Notes: generated from the sequence alone by a model not told the origin. Counted from the stretch's first letter, positions 28,944-39,890 are shown. The stretch is DNA of 64,000 bases from Planctomycetota bacterium (GCA_965223545.1 OZ245006.1:5792001-5856000), one strand, 5' to 3'. Numbers and translations: made by a program.

Positions 28944-29825
28944 TTGCGTCCACGAAGGCTCCGCTCGGCCTCGACGCTCTTCCTGGTGACACTGTGCGCG
29001 CTCGCGTGCGCGCCGGTGCGCGAGCACACGGGGCCTTGGCAGACCGCGGCGCAGCAGCCTGGCGACGCCGCCAGTCGGGCGGTGCTGCACGCGATGCGCG
29101 ACGACCCATCCGACGTGCCGGAGGCGGAGGCGTTGGCGCACTGGGTCCGCTTGATCTTTCACCGCGGCGCTAGTGGCGATGGCGAAGGTGCCCGCAGCGC
29201 GCTGCGTGACGCGACCGCGGCGCTGCCGGAGCGGCGTGCGCTGTGGGTGGCACTGGGCCGACACCTCGATGGTGAGCGGCCGGAGCCACGCATGACGCCG
29301 CCGCTTGGCGGCGCATCCGACCTGGTGGTCGTGCTGCCGCCCGCCGGTCGAGTGGGCAGCCTGCTCGCCGCCGACGTGGGCCTGGCCGCCGAGCTCGAGC
29401 TGCGCCGCCGCGGAGTGTCGGTCGTGCCGTTCGAAGTCTCTCTCGCGCTGCTGGCCCAAGCCGGCATCGACGCCGAGACCGCGCGCCCCGCCGGCGACGT
29501 CGCCGCCGCCGTGCGCGCGCTCGGGGCGCATGCGTTCTTGGCCATGCGGGTGCGGCGCTGGCAGCTCTCCTCGGCGCGGGCGAACGCGTCACTGGATTGT
29601 GATGTCGATTACCAATGGCGCCGAGCCGCGGACGGCACGATGTCTTGGCGCGACGCCACCACCGGCCCGTGGGCGCTCGGTTTCCAGCCGCGGTTTTTCG
29701 ACAGCGAAGTCGCCCACCGCGAGTTCTTGCGAGGAACGATCCAGCCGCCGGCCGGCCGGGACAACACCAACGCCCTGGAGATCGCGCGCGCCGTCCACCG
29801 CGACGTGTTCCAGCGACTGCCATGA
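28944..29825 (+). CDS. Hypothetical lipoprotein
   Basis: Lipobox-like CALAC and typical codon usage; overlaps the next ATG. TTG start assumed. Confidence 0.55.
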   Translation: MRPRRLRSASTLFLVTLCALACAPVREHTGPWQTAAQQPGDAASRAVLHAMRDDPSDVPEAEALAHWVRLIFHRGASGDGEGARSALRDATAALPERRALWVALGRHLDGERPEPRMTPPLGGASDLVVVLPPAGRVGSLLAADVGLAAELELRRRGVSVVPFEVSLALLAQAGIDAETARPAGDVAAAVRALGAHAFLAMRVRRWQLSSARANASLDCDVDYQWRRAADGTMSWRDATTGPWALGFQPRFFDSEVAHREFLRGTIQPPAGRDNTNALEIARAVHRDVFQRLP

Positions 29826-31396
29826 AAGTACGGAGCCAGGCTCCCGTTCATCACCTCGCCCCCCGACCACCCCGCGCTCGACGCAGATCCGGCGCGATCC
29901 TCGGTGTTGCCGCATGGCTTGCACTGACGTGGGTCACGATCGGGTTGTGGCAGCAGAGACACAACACGCTCGAGAGCAACGGTTCGTGGATCACGTCCAA
30001 GAGCGAGCTCGAAGTCGGCACGATCGGTGGAGTGATGTTCCGGGTGACGCGGCCTGCCCTGCACCGGAATCGGCTCGACCTGAGCGCCTGGTTCGGCCAT
30101 CAGGAAGTCGTGCTCGAGCAGCCGGTCGAGGGCTGTGCGACCGTCGCGTTCCGGTTTCGTGTCGACGAAGGCGCACACCTGACCCTTCTGTTCGACGGTG
30201 TCGGTCTCGGCACCGAGGAGGAGGGGTTCCGCGGTCTGCGTCTCAGCCGTCACCCCGTGTTTCCGAGTGCCCTGCTGCGCATGAACGGCAAGCGCCTGTT
30301 CTCCGCCAACCAACCCCTCGAACCGTCGCCGCCGATCGAAGATGGCTGGCACGAGGCCGTCTTTCGTCGAGGAGCGGAGGACTACCGCCTTTGGCTCAAC
30401 GGTCACCCGGTCGCGCGAGGTCCACTCCCTGCCGCGCCGGCTCGACAGCGCGTCGGATTCCGCGGCGGCACAGTCCGCGTGTTGGTCGATGACGTCGCGG
30501 TTGCTGGCGCCGATGGACGGCGCCTCTTCGACGAAGGGTTCGCCGGCCGACGCCCAGCGCTCGGCGTCGCCGCGGCGGTGGGTGGCGCAGCGGCCGTTCT
30601 ACTCGCTGCGATCCTCGTCCTCGTGCGTCGTCGCCCCCGGCGAGCGCCGCCGTCGTTCTATGTCACCACCGTGGCCGCCGCCGCTGCTCTCGCAATTGGC
30701 ACGGTGTGGGGCGTGGACTATCGCTGGCTCTCCGCCCGCTATCCCGCTGACGTGCTGCACGTTCCAGGCTACCGCAACGCGATGTTCGACCGCGGTGAGG
30801 TCGACGCTCTGCCCGCCACGCATGCCTTGCGGGTGGTCTTCGCCGGCAGCTCGCAGACCTTCGGGTGTGGGGCACGCTGGCAGGAGGACCGGTGGACCCG
30901 CCGCGTCGAGCAGCTGTTCAACGCGCAGCATCCCGAGCACCCGATCTCCTGCATCAACCTCGGGGTCTCGGGGGATCGCGTGGCGGACGCGGTGGCGCGG
31001 ATGCACCGGCGCCTGCCGGGCCTTGCACCGGACGTGGTGGTGATCAACTTCGGCCACAACGATCCCAACACCCACGCCTTCGCGACCGCTCTGCTCGAGT
31101 TCATCCAGCTCAACCGGAAGCTCGGCGCCCGCACCATGCTCATGCTCGAGCCGAATGGCATCGAGCCGCCGGTGTTCACGGGTGGCAACCCCCGGCGCCT
31201 CGACAACCATGCCGTGATGCGTCACGTCGCCGAGGTCGGGCAGTTGACGGTTCTCGACGCGCAGGCGGCCATGGATGCCGCGGCCGACCGTGGTTTCTTG
31301 TGGTGGGACGCGGTGCACCAGACGTCGGGTGGCCAGGAAGTGATGGCGCGCTTCGTGGCCGGTGAGTTGGGCCGCCACCTCGGCCGCGGCGATTGA
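29822..31396 (+). CDS. Membrane-anchored SGNH/GDSL hydrolase family protein
   Basis: FAGSSQTFG, NLGVSG, NFGHND and DAVH; TM segments and an N-terminal beta-rich domain. Confidence 0.85.
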   Translation: MKVRSQAPVHHLAPRPPRARRRSGAILGVAAWLALTWVTIGLWQQRHNTLESNGSWITSKSELEVGTIGGVMFRVTRPALHRNRLDLSAWFGHQEVVLEQPVEGCATVAFRFRVDEGAHLTLLFDGVGLGTEEEGFRGLRLSRHPVFPSALLRMNGKRLFSANQPLEPSPPIEDGWHEAVFRRGAEDYRLWLNGHPVARGPLPAAPARQRVGFRGGTVRVLVDDVAVAGADGRRLFDEGFAGRRPALGVAAAVGGAAAVLLAAILVLVRRRPRRAPPSFYVTTVAAAAALAIGTVWGVDYRWLSARYPADVLHVPGYRNAMFDRGEVDALPATHALRVVFAGSSQTFGCGARWQEDRWTRRVEQLFNAQHPEHPISCINLGVSGDRVADAVARMHRRLPGLAPDVVVINFGHNDPNTHAFATALLEFIQLNRKLGARTMLMLEPNGIEPPVFTGGNPRRLDNHAVMRHVAEVGQLTVLDAQAAMDAAADRGFLWWDAVHQTSGGQEVMARFVAGELGRHLGRGD

Positions 31397-31515
31397 TCTG
31401 GGGCCGCTTGGCGCTTCCTCGGTCGGCGAGCCGCGATCGAGCCACTCCAGGCCCGAGCAAGACACCCGCAGCTCGACAATGGCGGTGGCGGGGCCGAGAC
31501 TCATGCAGCGCAGAC

Positions 31516-32265
31516 ATGATCCGCGAGCACCTGTTCCACAAGACCAACGTCACCGACCCGATGTTCCGCTGGCGCGGCGGTGAGGTTACCCGACTCGAAG
31601 GGTTGTCCGACGGCGTCTTCGCCCTCACGCTCACGCTGCTCGTCATCAACAACGAGGTCCCCGGCACCTTTTACGAGCTGTGGGAGACCACGCTGCGGCT
31701 GCCGATCTTCCTCGCCTGCTTCGCCATGCTGATGATGGCGTGGCGCGATCACTCGCTCTTCTTTCGCCGCTACGGGATCCAGGACTTGCCGATGACCGTG
31801 CTCAACGCGGCGTACCTGTTCCTGATCATCTTCCTCGCGTTCCCGCTGAAGTTTCTGGCGACGTTCCTCTTCAATCTGATCTGGGACCGCGGCGCGTTGC
31901 GCGCGATGTTTGCCCTGCCCGACGGTCAGGAGTGGTCGTTCGCCTTGGGCCAGAACAGCACGATGATGTTGTTCTACGGTGCGGCGCTGATCGGGGTCTT
32001 CGGCGTGCACATGCTGATGTTGCTGTGGGCGTGGCGCCAGCGTGAGCGTCTCGAGCTCGACCGGCTCGAGCGTTTCTTGACCAAGGCGGCGATCGGCACG
32101 CACGCCATTACCTGTGGGATTGCTCTCCTCTCGGTTGCGATCGCCGCGGTCTGGCGCAACCCGGGCTTGGCGGGGTTGACCTACTTCTTGATGCCAGTGC
32201 TTCACCCGGCGTACGGCTGGTGGGTCCGTTCGTCTACCGAGCGTCTGCACGAATCGCTCGGGTGA
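31516..32265 (+). CDS. TMEM175 family potassium channel
   Basis: RLEGLSDGVFALTLTLLV, W.DH..FF, LN..YL and about six TM segments. Confidence 0.88.
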   Translation: MIREHLFHKTNVTDPMFRWRGGEVTRLEGLSDGVFALTLTLLVINNEVPGTFYELWETTLRLPIFLACFAMLMMAWRDHSLFFRRYGIQDLPMTVLNAAYLFLIIFLAFPLKFLATFLFNLIWDRGALRAMFALPDGQEWSFALGQNSTMMLFYGAALIGVFGVHMLMLLWAWRQRERLELDRLERFLTKAAIGTHAITCGIALLSVAIAAVWRNPGLAGLTYFLMPVLHPAYGWWVRSSTERLHESLG

Positions 32266-32286
32266 GCTGATCGCGGGCGCGCTCGG

Positions 32287-34911
32287 CTACAGGGCCCGCG
32301 CCAGAACGACGTTGGTCAAGCGCGGCAAGGATCGGAATGGCAGGACGACCGCCTGGGCGTACAGCGGCGTGCCGACCCACACCGGGAGTGGCGGAACAGT
32401 GAAAGCGACGATTGCTTCGCCCGTTGCCGCGGGCAGCGGCACGGGCGGCAGCGCCACGGTCGAGCGGGGATCCAGGCCGACGACACCGAGCCCCGAGATC
32501 GGCAGACGCGCCGCGGCAATCGCGACGAATGGCATCGCCGCATTGCCGACGACGGCCGGCCATGCGTGCACGTGCAGCTCGTAGCGGTGGCCGAGCTGCG
32601 GTAGCAGCGGTGCGTGGATCTGTCGCCGCAGGTTGCGCCACACTCGATTGAAGACCCCGTTGTTGGGGATCACCGCATCGACATCGCCGTCGGCGTCGAG
32701 GTCGCCGGCGGCGATGTCGGTGGCATTCTCGAAGTCACTCGGCAGGAGCGTGGAGCCATCGATGAAGAGGCCCTTTCCGTCGTTGAGGTAAAGGCGATTC
32801 TGCTCGGTACGCGATGAGAAGGCGATTTGCTGGTTGCCGAACAGGAGATCGATGTCCCCGTCCTCGTCGAAGTCGGCGGCGGCGATCGACGTCGTGCGGT
32901 GGAACAGGGCGGGCATGCGTGCTGCCGTGACGTCGGTGAAGACACCGCTTCCGTCATTGAGGTAGAGGCGGTTGCGTTCGGACACAAAACCGGCCACGAC
33001 CAGATCGGGATCGCCGTCGCCGTCGACGTCGGCAAACTCGAGGTCCAACGAGGCTGCTTGGTCGGTCGGCATGTGGGTTGCAGTGACGTCGGTGAACACG
33101 CCGCCGCCATCGTTGAGGTACAGCCGGTCCTGCGAGCGGTCGTTGGCGAATGCGGCATCGAGGTCGCCGTCGCCATCGACGTCGGCGAGGCGGACCGCGG
33201 GGGTCGTGTCCCATCGCGCCGGCATCCGGCCGGCGGTGGCATTCGTGAACAGCCCGAGTCCGTTGTTGAGCAGGAGCAGATTGCGGGACCCGCCGAACCG
33301 CGCGGTGGCGACGACCAGATCCGGATCGCCATCGCTGTCCACGTCGCCGGCCGCCACGCCGCCGGTGACCACCGGAAGGAGGGGGAGGCGGGTCGCGGTT
33401 GCGTCGGCAAACCGGCTCGTGCCGTCGTTGAGGTAGAGCTGGTCTTGCTGCGCGTTGGCCCAGTACAGATCTTGATCGCCGTCGCCATCGGCGTCGAACG
33501 CGATCACATGGCTCGGCCGCTCCGTATCGGGTGGAAGGAGGTTAGAGGCATCGTGAAGGTGGCCGCGGCCATCGTTTAGGTGGAGGGCGTTCTGCTCGCC
33601 CCAGTTGCCGATCACCGCGTCGAGATCTCCGTCGCGGTCGAAGTCGGCCAGAGCCACCGTGGTGCCGGTGTCGAACTCGGCGGGCAGATCGGTCGCGGTG
33701 GCGTTGGCAAACCGGCCCCCACCGTCGTTCACCAGGAGCATCTGGGCCTGTGAACCGGCGAGGCTGTTGCCGAGGATCAAGTCCATGTCGCCGTCCGCTT
33801 CGACGTCCAGGGCGACGAGTGCACTGGTGTCCGCGGCCGTGTCGGGTAGCCGCAGCGAAGACTCGTCGGTGAACACGGCGGTCCCGTCGTTGACGTAGAG
33901 TCGGCAGTCGTCGGCATCGCCCAGGGTTCCGATCGACAGATCGAGATCGCCGTCCCCGTCCACGTCGATGAGCGCCACGGCGGCCGAGTTGGGCGAGCCC
34001 AGTGGCAGCGCCGTGGAACTCACGTCCGAGAACACCCCGACGCCATTGTTGAGATAGACGCGATCGGCACCGACGTTGCCGAACACGAGGTCGAGGTCGC
34101 CGTCGCCATCCAAGTCGCCGGCCGCGACCGCGTTCGACTGGTCGTTGTAGGCCGGCATCCGCAGTGCTGTGGCGTCACCGAAGCGACCGGTGCCGTCGTT
34201 GAGATAGAGTCGGTTCTGCAGGTGGGGTCCTGTCGGAGCGATCACCAAGCTCACGGCCAACACAAGGTCTTCATCCCCGTCGCGATCGACATCGGCGAAC
34301 ACGGTCGATGCCACGCGCAGAGGCTGCTGCGGCAGCCGGGACGCGGTCGCGTCGGCGAACCGCCCGGAGCCGTCGTTGAGCAGCAGCTGCGGCTGTAGGC
34401 CGAGGCCGCTGCCGCGCCCCAAGAACAGATCCGCATCGCCATCGGCGTCGACGTCCGAGAACACGACGGCAGAGACCGTGTCGGTGGTCCCCGCCAGGTG
34501 CGTGGCGCTGACGTCGGTAAACGCTCCCCGGCCATCGTTGAGGAGGAGCTGGGTCGAGGACAGGCTGCCGACCACCAGGTCGAGGTCGAGGTCTCCATCG
34601 ACGTCGGCCAGCGCGACCACCTTGGTCAACGGCGATCCAGGGGGCAGGCGGCCGGCGGGGGCGGCGCGGAACACGCCGCGCCCATCGTTCTCGAGCAGCA
34701 TCGGGCCGCCGGGCGTCCGCGCCCCGCTCTGGTTCCCCAGCACCACATCCGGATCGCCATCCCCGTCCACGTCACCAGTGGCCATCGACAGGGTGAAGTC
34801 CTCGACCGCCGGCAGATGGCCGCCGCGCAACTCGGCGAACAACCGGGCCTGCGCGCCGCTCGTGCCCGCCAACCACAGTGCACAGGCCACCCTCAACCAC
34901 ATCCTCATCAT
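32287..34911 (-). CDS. Secreted FG-GAP/VCBS repeat protein
   Basis: Signal peptide and more than 12 DVDGDGDxDL...NRLYLNDG.G.F.D.T repeats. Confidence 0.92.
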   Translation of the reverse strand: MMRMWLRVACALWLAGTSGAQARLFAELRGGHLPAVEDFTLSMATGDVDGDGDPDVVLGNQSGARTPGGPMLLENDGRGVFRAAPAGRLPPGSPLTKVVALADVDGDLDLDLVVGSLSSTQLLLNDGRGAFTDVSATHLAGTTDTVSAVVFSDVDADGDADLFLGRGSGLGLQPQLLLNDGSGRFADATASRLPQQPLRVASTVFADVDRDGDEDLVLAVSLVIAPTGPHLQNRLYLNDGTGRFGDATALRMPAYNDQSNAVAAGDLDGDGDLDLVFGNVGADRVYLNNGVGVFSDVSSTALPLGSPNSAAVALIDVDGDGDLDLSIGTLGDADDCRLYVNDGTAVFTDESSLRLPDTAADTSALVALDVEADGDMDLILGNSLAGSQAQMLLVNDGGGRFANATATDLPAEFDTGTTVALADFDRDGDLDAVIGNWGEQNALHLNDGRGHLHDASNLLPPDTERPSHVIAFDADGDGDQDLYWANAQQDQLYLNDGTSRFADATATRLPLLPVVTGGVAAGDVDSDGDPDLVVATARFGGSRNLLLLNNGLGLFTNATAGRMPARWDTTPAVRLADVDGDGDLDAAFANDRSQDRLYLNDGGGVFTDVTATHMPTDQAASLDLEFADVDGDGDPDLVVAGFVSERNRLYLNDGSGVFTDVTAARMPALFHRTTSIAAADFDEDGDIDLLFGNQQIAFSSRTEQNRLYLNDGKGLFIDGSTLLPSDFENATDIAAGDLDADGDVDAVIPNNGVFNRVWRNLRRQIHAPLLPQLGHRYELHVHAWPAVVGNAAMPFVAIAAARLPISGLGVVGLDPRSTVALPPVPLPAATGEAIVAFTVPPLPVWVGTPLYAQAVVLPFRSLPRLTNVVLARAL

Positions 34912-35035
34912 CACCATTCCGGTGTCAGGATCGATTTTCTCGCATCGCCCACCGGCTGTCGAGGCCCGGCGGATTCGACAAAAAGTCGCCGCGTTCTTGT
35001 CGCCGTCGCCGGCGGCCCCGCACAGGGCAGCTGCA

Positions 35036-37768
35036 ATGGCTCCCCGCCCTTGGTCGAACGGCCCCGTCGCCGCCGTGCTGGCTGTCGCGGCCGGTGCGCA
35101 GGCGCCCTCGGCCCCGCACTGGGCTTTCGTCCGTCCCGAGCGCCCGCAGCTCCCCGCGGTGCGCGCCTCGGATTGGCCGCGACAGCCGATCGACTTCTTC
35201 ATCCTGGCGCGCCTGGAGGAGCACGGCGTGGCACCCGCGCCCGAAGCCGACCGCGCCACCCTGGCACGCCGGTTGGCCCTCGACCTGACCGGTCTGCCGC
35301 TGGCGCCGGAAGAGGTCGCCGCCTTCGTCGCCGATGAACGCCCCGAGGCCTACGACGCTCTGGTCGACCGGCTGCTCGCGTCGCCGCACTACGGCGAGCG
35401 CATGGCGCAGGACTGGCTCGACCTGGCGCGCTATGCCGACACCAACGGCTTTGGCGACGACACGCCGCGACAGATGTGGCTGTGGCGCGACTGGGTCATC
35501 GAGTCCTTCAATCGCAACCAGCGCTTCGACGAGTTCACCGTCGAGCAGCTGGCGGGCGATCTGTTGCCCGCGCCGTCACTCGCGCAGCGGATCGCCACCG
35601 GCTTCCACCGCAACCACCCGTTGCAGGCCGAAGCGGACGGCCAGCCGGGGGAGTACCATCACCGCCACGTCGCCGACCGGGTCGCCACCACCGGCGCGAC
35701 GTGGCTGGGGCTCACCGTCGGTTGCGCGGAGTGCCACGACCACAAGGTCGATCCACTGTCGCAGCGCGACTACTACCGGTTGTTCGCGTTCTTCGACAAC
35801 CTCGAAGAGCGCGGCCTCCGCGGCGGCGAGAACCCCGTGCCGAGCTTGGCCGTGCCCAGCGTGGAGCAGGGTGCCCAGCTGCTCGAGCTCGGCCAACGGC
35901 TGGACGCGCTGGCGGCGCGGCGCGCGCGGCTGGAGCTCGAAACCGCCGGCGAACGCGAGCGTTGGCTGCGCTCCCTCGCTGTGGACGATGCGGCGTTGCC
36001 GGCCGCGGACGTGCATCTGCCGCTCGACGAGTCCGATCGACACGTCACCATCACCGGGCTCGGCCAGGCCTCCTTCGTCGCCGGCGTTCGCGGTGGAGCG
36101 CTCCACCTCGACGGCAACGACTCGGTCGCCGACGCGGGGGACCGCGGCGTTCTGTCGGCCGACGCGCCGTGGACCATCAGCGCTTGGCTTCGACTGCAGC
36201 CAAATGGTCGCCCGGCCTCGGGCGCGATCGCCGCCCGGATCGTCGAGTCCGGCAACGAGCAGGGCTACTGGCTCGGACTGTCGGAGGGCAGGCCGTGGAT
36301 CAGCTTGGTCGGCGATGGTGGCGATCGCGACGAGATCGCGCAGCGCGGGCGCGATGCGATTCCGCCCGGCGAGTGGCATCACGTCGCGGCGACCTACGAC
36401 GGCTCGCGGAGTGCCACCGGCCTTCGGCTGTGGGTCGACGGCGCCCCGGTCGAGGCCACGTCGCGCCGCGCCGAGCGACTGGTGGGGAGCGCGCACGCCG
36501 ACACCGCCCTGCGCATCGGTGGCTCCGACGGCTCGCCGTTCGCGGGCGCGATCGATGAGGTGCGGATCCACTCCGAGGCCCTGCCGGAGCACGCGCTGCA
36601 CACGCTCGTGACGGTCGACTTGGCGGGGGCCGCGCCGCGCCGCGGCGAGGATCGCGGCCTGCAGGCGCTGCTCGAGCGCTTCTTCGCCACGCGGGTGCAC
36701 GAAGAGCTGCGCGCGCTGGCGGCGGCGCAGCTGGACCTTCGCGCCCGCCACCGCGCGCTGTTGGGCACCGTGCCGGTGACCACCGTGATGGTCGAACGCG
36801 CAACCCCCCGCACGACCTACGTCCGGCCCCGCGGTGACTACCGCCGCCGCGGCGAGAGGGTCGACCCCGGGATTCCCGGCTTCCTGCCGCCGCTGCCCGC
36901 CGACGCGCCGCCCAACCGCCTCGGCCTGGCGCGGTGGCTCGTGCACCCGGACCACCCCTTGGTCGGGAGAGTCGTCGTCAACCGGCTGTGGCGCAGGATG
37001 TTCGGCCGCGGCCTGGTCGTGACCGAGGACGACTTCGGTCCCGGCGGCGCGCCGCCGAGCCATCCACGGCTGCTCGACTGGTTGGCGCGCGCGTTCGTCG
37101 ATGACGGCTTCGATCTCAAGCGCATGGTGCAGCTGATGGTGACGTCCGCGACCTACCGGCAGAGCAGCCACGCCAGCGCGGCGCAGTGGGCGGCCGACCC
37201 CGACAACATCTGGTGTGCGCGGGCGGGTCGATGGCGGCTCGACGCCGAGGCGATCCGCGACAACGCGCTGGCGATCGCCGGCCTGCTCGATCGGCGCGTC
37301 GGTGGCCCCAGCGTGCGCCCGCCGCAGCCCGCGGGGCTGTGGCCCGAGGAGGAGCAGACCGCGGCCGACGCGCACTGGCGGCGCGGGCTCTACGTCCATG
37401 TCTGGCGCACCATCAGCTACGCCGGCCTGTCGTTGTTCGACGCGCCAAACCGCGAAGTGTGTGTCGTGCGGCGCTCGCGGACCAACACGCCGCTGCAGGC
37501 GCTCGCGCTGCTCAACGATCCGGTGCACGTCGAAGCCGCGGCGAAGCTCGGTGCGCGCATGCGCGCTGCGGCGCAGCGCGATCTCGATCGGCTGCGCTGC
37601 GGCCTGCGGCGGTGCGTCGGGCGAGAGCCGACCACGCCCGAGATCGAGGTGCTGATGCGCCTCCTGGCGCGGCTGCGCGCGCAGCGCTCCGATCGCGCCG
37701 ACGAGCGGGTGTGGTCCGACGTCGCCGCGGTGTTGCTCAACCTCGACGAGACCATTACCCGCAACTGA
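35036..37768 (+). CDS. DUF1549/DUF1553 (PSD1/planctomycete cytochrome) protein with LamG insert
   Basis: HWAF..P.RP, PIDFFI, WLDLARYADT, CAECHDHK, GEWHHVAATYDG, PSHPRLLDWLA and TNTPLQAL. Confidence 0.92.
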   Translation: MAPRPWSNGPVAAVLAVAAGAQAPSAPHWAFVRPERPQLPAVRASDWPRQPIDFFILARLEEHGVAPAPEADRATLARRLALDLTGLPLAPEEVAAFVADERPEAYDALVDRLLASPHYGERMAQDWLDLARYADTNGFGDDTPRQMWLWRDWVIESFNRNQRFDEFTVEQLAGDLLPAPSLAQRIATGFHRNHPLQAEADGQPGEYHHRHVADRVATTGATWLGLTVGCAECHDHKVDPLSQRDYYRLFAFFDNLEERGLRGGENPVPSLAVPSVEQGAQLLELGQRLDALAARRARLELETAGERERWLRSLAVDDAALPAADVHLPLDESDRHVTITGLGQASFVAGVRGGALHLDGNDSVADAGDRGVLSADAPWTISAWLRLQPNGRPASGAIAARIVESGNEQGYWLGLSEGRPWISLVGDGGDRDEIAQRGRDAIPPGEWHHVAATYDGSRSATGLRLWVDGAPVEATSRRAERLVGSAHADTALRIGGSDGSPFAGAIDEVRIHSEALPEHALHTLVTVDLAGAAPRRGEDRGLQALLERFFATRVHEELRALAAAQLDLRARHRALLGTVPVTTVMVERATPRTTYVRPRGDYRRRGERVDPGIPGFLPPLPADAPPNRLGLARWLVHPDHPLVGRVVVNRLWRRMFGRGLVVTEDDFGPGGAPPSHPRLLDWLARAFVDDGFDLKRMVQLMVTSATYRQSSHASAAQWAADPDNIWCARAGRWRLDAEAIRDNALAIAGLLDRRVGGPSVRPPQPAGLWPEEEQTAADAHWRRGLYVHVWRTISYAGLSLFDAPNREVCVVRRSRTNTPLQALALLNDPVHVEAAAKLGARMRAAAQRDLDRLRCGLRRCVGREPTTPEIEVLMRLLARLRAQRSDRADERVWSDVAAVLLNLDETITRN

Positions 37769-37772
37769 AGCC

Positions 37773-39173
37773 ATGGCCGATCCGAGCACTCTCTGCCACT
37801 CCACGCGGCGCGCGTTCTTGACGGGCTCCGGCGCACTCTGCGCGTCGGCTGCGCTCCGCATCAACTCGGTCGCTCACAGCGGCATCGGCCCGCACCACGC
37901 GCCGCGCGCCAAGCGGCTGATCCTGCTCACGCAGCTCGGCGCGCCTTCGCAGCTCGATCTGTTCGACCCCAAGCCCCTGCTCCGCGCGCGCGATGGCGAG
38001 CCGATGCCGGAGAGCCTGGTCGCCGGGCAGAAGGTCGACCAGCTGGCCGGACGCCAGCTGCGCATCGCCGGCTCGCGCTTCGAGTTCGCGCCGTGTGGCG
38101 AGAGCGGCATCGAGCTGTCCGACCTGCTGCCGCACCTGCGCAGTGTCGCCGACTCGCTCTGCCTCGTGCGCTCGATGCACACCGATGAGCTCAACCACGA
38201 CCCGGCGCAGACCCTGCTGCTGACGGGCCACGGTCGGCCCGGCCGGCCGAGCGCCGGCGCGTGGCTGAGCTACGGCCTCGGCCGCGCGAACGATGACCTG
38301 CCCGCCTATTGCGTGCTCACTTCGGGCGGTCGGACGACCTCGCCGCCGCAGTCGCGGCTGTTCGGTGCCGGCTTCTTGCCGGGGGCGCACCAGGGCGTGA
38401 CGCTCCGCGCCGGAGACGAAGCCGTGCTCTTCTTGCGCGATCCGGACGGGGTCGAGCGCGTCACCCGCCGCGCCCAGCTCGACGCCTTGCGCGCGCTCAA
38501 CGAAGAGCAGCTGCGCAGGGTCGCCGATCCCGAGATCGAAGCGCGCATCGAGGCGTACGAGATGGCCTTCCGCATGCAGGCGTCGGTCCCCGAGCTCACC
38601 GAGCTGAGCGCCGAGCCGGAGTCGGTGCTCGCGCTCTACGGGGCGCAGCCCGGCCAGCGCAGCTTTGCCAACAACTGCTTGCTGGCGCGGCGTCTGGTCG
38701 AGCGCGGCGTGCGCGTCGTGCAGCTCTACCACGGCGACTGGGACCACCACTACCAGCTGCCGCGGCGCCTGCCCCGGCTCGCCGCCGAGGTCGACCGGCC
38801 GGCGGCCGCGCTGCTCCTCGATCTGTCGCGCCGAGGCCTGCTGCACGACACGCTCGTCGTGTTTGCCGGCGAGTTCGGCCGCACGCCGATGAACCAGGGC
38901 GGGCGCACCGGGGACGAGTACGGGCGCGACCACCACGGCCGGGCGTTCTCGGTTTGGTTGGCGGGTGGTGGCGTCCGCGCCGGTTCGGTCGTCGGCGCGA
39001 CCGACGAGTTCGGCTACGACATCACCGACACGCCGGTGCACGTCCACGACCTTTGGGCGACGATTCTGCACCTGCTGGGGCTCGACCACGAGCGGCTGAC
39101 GCATCGGTTTCGCGGCCGCGACTTCCGGCTGACCGACGTCGGCGGCCGGGTCGTGCCGGGGGTCCTGGCATGA
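37773..39173 (+). CDS. DUF1501 domain protein, Tat-exported
   Basis: TRRAFL, PSQLDLFDPKP, LLARRLVERGVR, WDHH, GEFGRTP and GRDH. Confidence 0.93.
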   Translation: MADPSTLCHSTRRAFLTGSGALCASAALRINSVAHSGIGPHHAPRAKRLILLTQLGAPSQLDLFDPKPLLRARDGEPMPESLVAGQKVDQLAGRQLRIAGSRFEFAPCGESGIELSDLLPHLRSVADSLCLVRSMHTDELNHDPAQTLLLTGHGRPGRPSAGAWLSYGLGRANDDLPAYCVLTSGGRTTSPPQSRLFGAGFLPGAHQGVTLRAGDEAVLFLRDPDGVERVTRRAQLDALRALNEEQLRRVADPEIEARIEAYEMAFRMQASVPELTELSAEPESVLALYGAQPGQRSFANNCLLARRLVERGVRVVQLYHGDWDHHYQLPRRLPRLAAEVDRPAAALLLDLSRRGLLHDTLVVFAGEFGRTPMNQGGRTGDEYGRDHHGRAFSVWLAGGGVRAGSVVGATDEFGYDITDTPVHVHDLWATILHLLGLDHERLTHRFRGRDFRLTDVGGRVVPGVLA

Positions 39174-39874
39174 GCCGTGCGCCCGATCGCCAGCGTGGGG
39201 ACGAGTATGATGGTCGCCGCGTGCCGCCATCCGCCCCCGAACCACTGCCGCAGCCCGACGCGCGCACGACCTTGCACGTGCGCGGCGCGATCGAAGGCGA
39301 CGCGGACAGTCTGTCGTGGGTCGTGGGCCATCTCTCGCCTTTGCTGTTGGCGCACGCCAGCTACCGGCTCGGTCCCGGCCTGCGGCGGCGCTACGACCCC
39401 GAGGACTTGGTCAGCGAGGCGTGGCTGGTCGCGCTGCCCCGGCTGCGGCAGCTGCCCGCGCGCAACGGGCGCTACACGCCGGTGCTGCTGCGCTTCTTGA
39501 GTACGACGTTGGTGCAGCGCATCTACGGCCTGGCGCGCAGCCACTTGCGCGAACGCGCCGCCACCGACCCCGGCCCGGCGCCGAGCGTGGTGGCGGACGC
39601 CGAGACGAGCGGTGTAGTCACCGCCGCGATCCGCCGTGAGCGCGCGGACCGCGTGCAGGCCACACTGGAGACCTTGGAGCCAATGGACCGGCAGCTGATC
39701 TTGCTGCGCGGTATCGAGCAGCTGTCGTTCGAGGCGATCGCGGCCCAGCTGGACACCACCGCGGTCGCGGCTGCGCGCCGCTACCAGCGCGCGCTGCACA
39801 AGCTGCGCGCGCGCTTGCCGGGATCGGTCTACGACGAGCTCGAGGACGGCGGCGCCGACCGGCCCCCGTCGTGA
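39170..39874 (+). CDS. ECF sigma factor (planctomycete type)
   Basis: DPEDLVSEAW and LRGIEQLSFEAIA...RYQRALHKLR; ATGA overlap with DUF1501. Confidence 0.85.
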   Translation: MSRAPDRQRGDEYDGRRVPPSAPEPLPQPDARTTLHVRGAIEGDADSLSWVVGHLSPLLLAHASYRLGPGLRRRYDPEDLVSEAWLVALPRLRQLPARNGRYTPVLLRFLSTTLVQRIYGLARSHLRERAATDPGPAPSVVADAETSGVVTAAIRRERADRVQATLETLEPMDRQLILLRGIEQLSFEAIAAQLDTTAVAAARRYQRALHKLRARLPGSVYDELEDGGADRPPS

Positions 39875-39890
39875 TTGGGTCGAGGCGAGA

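Noticed and set aside
32600..34800. Regularly recurring nucleotide repeats as a possible CRISPR array
   Set aside because: They are degenerate, in-frame FG-GAP protein repeats with no identical repeat-spacer pattern and no cas genes.
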